Shown: positions 63,591 through 64,000 of the stretch, one piece after another
Layout: every line of letters starts with the position of its first letter
Position numbering within the stretch: position 1 is the first letter of the stretch
The notes under the pieces: model-generated
The model's database searches: none
Told to the model about the DNA's origin: nothing
The model's input: only the letters and a program-made list of their open reading frames with translations
Source: Marsupella aquatica
Taxonomy: Eukaryota > Plantae > Marchantiophyta
Length of the DNA: 64,000 nucleotides
Direction of reading: 5' to 3'
Assembly (NCBI GenBank): GCA_973895155.1
Contig: OZ316896.1
Coordinates: forward strand, 10,840,795 to 10,904,794
Position numbers and translations under genes: made by a program

Positions 63591-64000
63591 ACCAACCTGG
63601 TTTGCAAGCCAACGCTGGAACCCTCCCGGTGGTTGTTGGGAGCCTGGTAGCTAGTATTGAATGTTAGCCTGATTGTACAGTAGATTCCTCTTCGATGAGT
63701 AGACTTCAAAGTGTTTAAGAACTCCCCTCTGGAAAGAGTGTGTAGGCAATTGCTGTCTCTGTAGACCAATGTAACTTCTTCATAGGAATTCGGAACTATT
63801 GTATGGTTTGTATGGATAGTACTATGTTGGTAGGAATAGGGGATTTGTAGATTTGACATCACCTTTATCAGACAATCAATACATGAAACCTCACTCGTTG
63901 AGATGCCTCCACTTTTCTTCAGAAATAGTTCATGATGCAGCCTTGTACCAAGCGACGTATTACAAACGCTTTGAAAGACTGAAATTCTGGGTTTGTCTTC

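Overview
Eukaryotic, intron-containing land-plant DNA rich in transposable elements. A bryophyte or liverwort source is a guess from a TTAGGG repeat and LINE-remnant style, not proven. The one clearly conserved host gene is a four-exon patellin (Sec14/CRAL-TRIO + GOLD) at 24111-26642 (+). The centre holds a nested insertion. A decayed Ty1/copia LTR retrotransposon (32843-49600, minus strand, TSD TCTCC, tRNA-iMet PBS) has its 5' LTR split by a 10.86-kb CACTA/En-Spm DNA transposon (38565-49421, TSD CAC). The CACTA element has an apparently intact spliced transposase (-) and a divergently oriented TnpA-like gene (+). The main finding is a SET-domain (lysine methyltransferase-like) exon inside transposase intron 1. 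The zinc-finger-like exon 1 can splice in frame to either the SET exon or the transposase body. The rest of the window has three solo LTRs with TSDs, several MITE families, LINE remnants, minisatellites, a tandem array of an unrecognised 215-aa gene with decayed copies, and a probable bifunctional-nuclease gene fragment. All coordinates and alignments were read by eye; no database searches were run.
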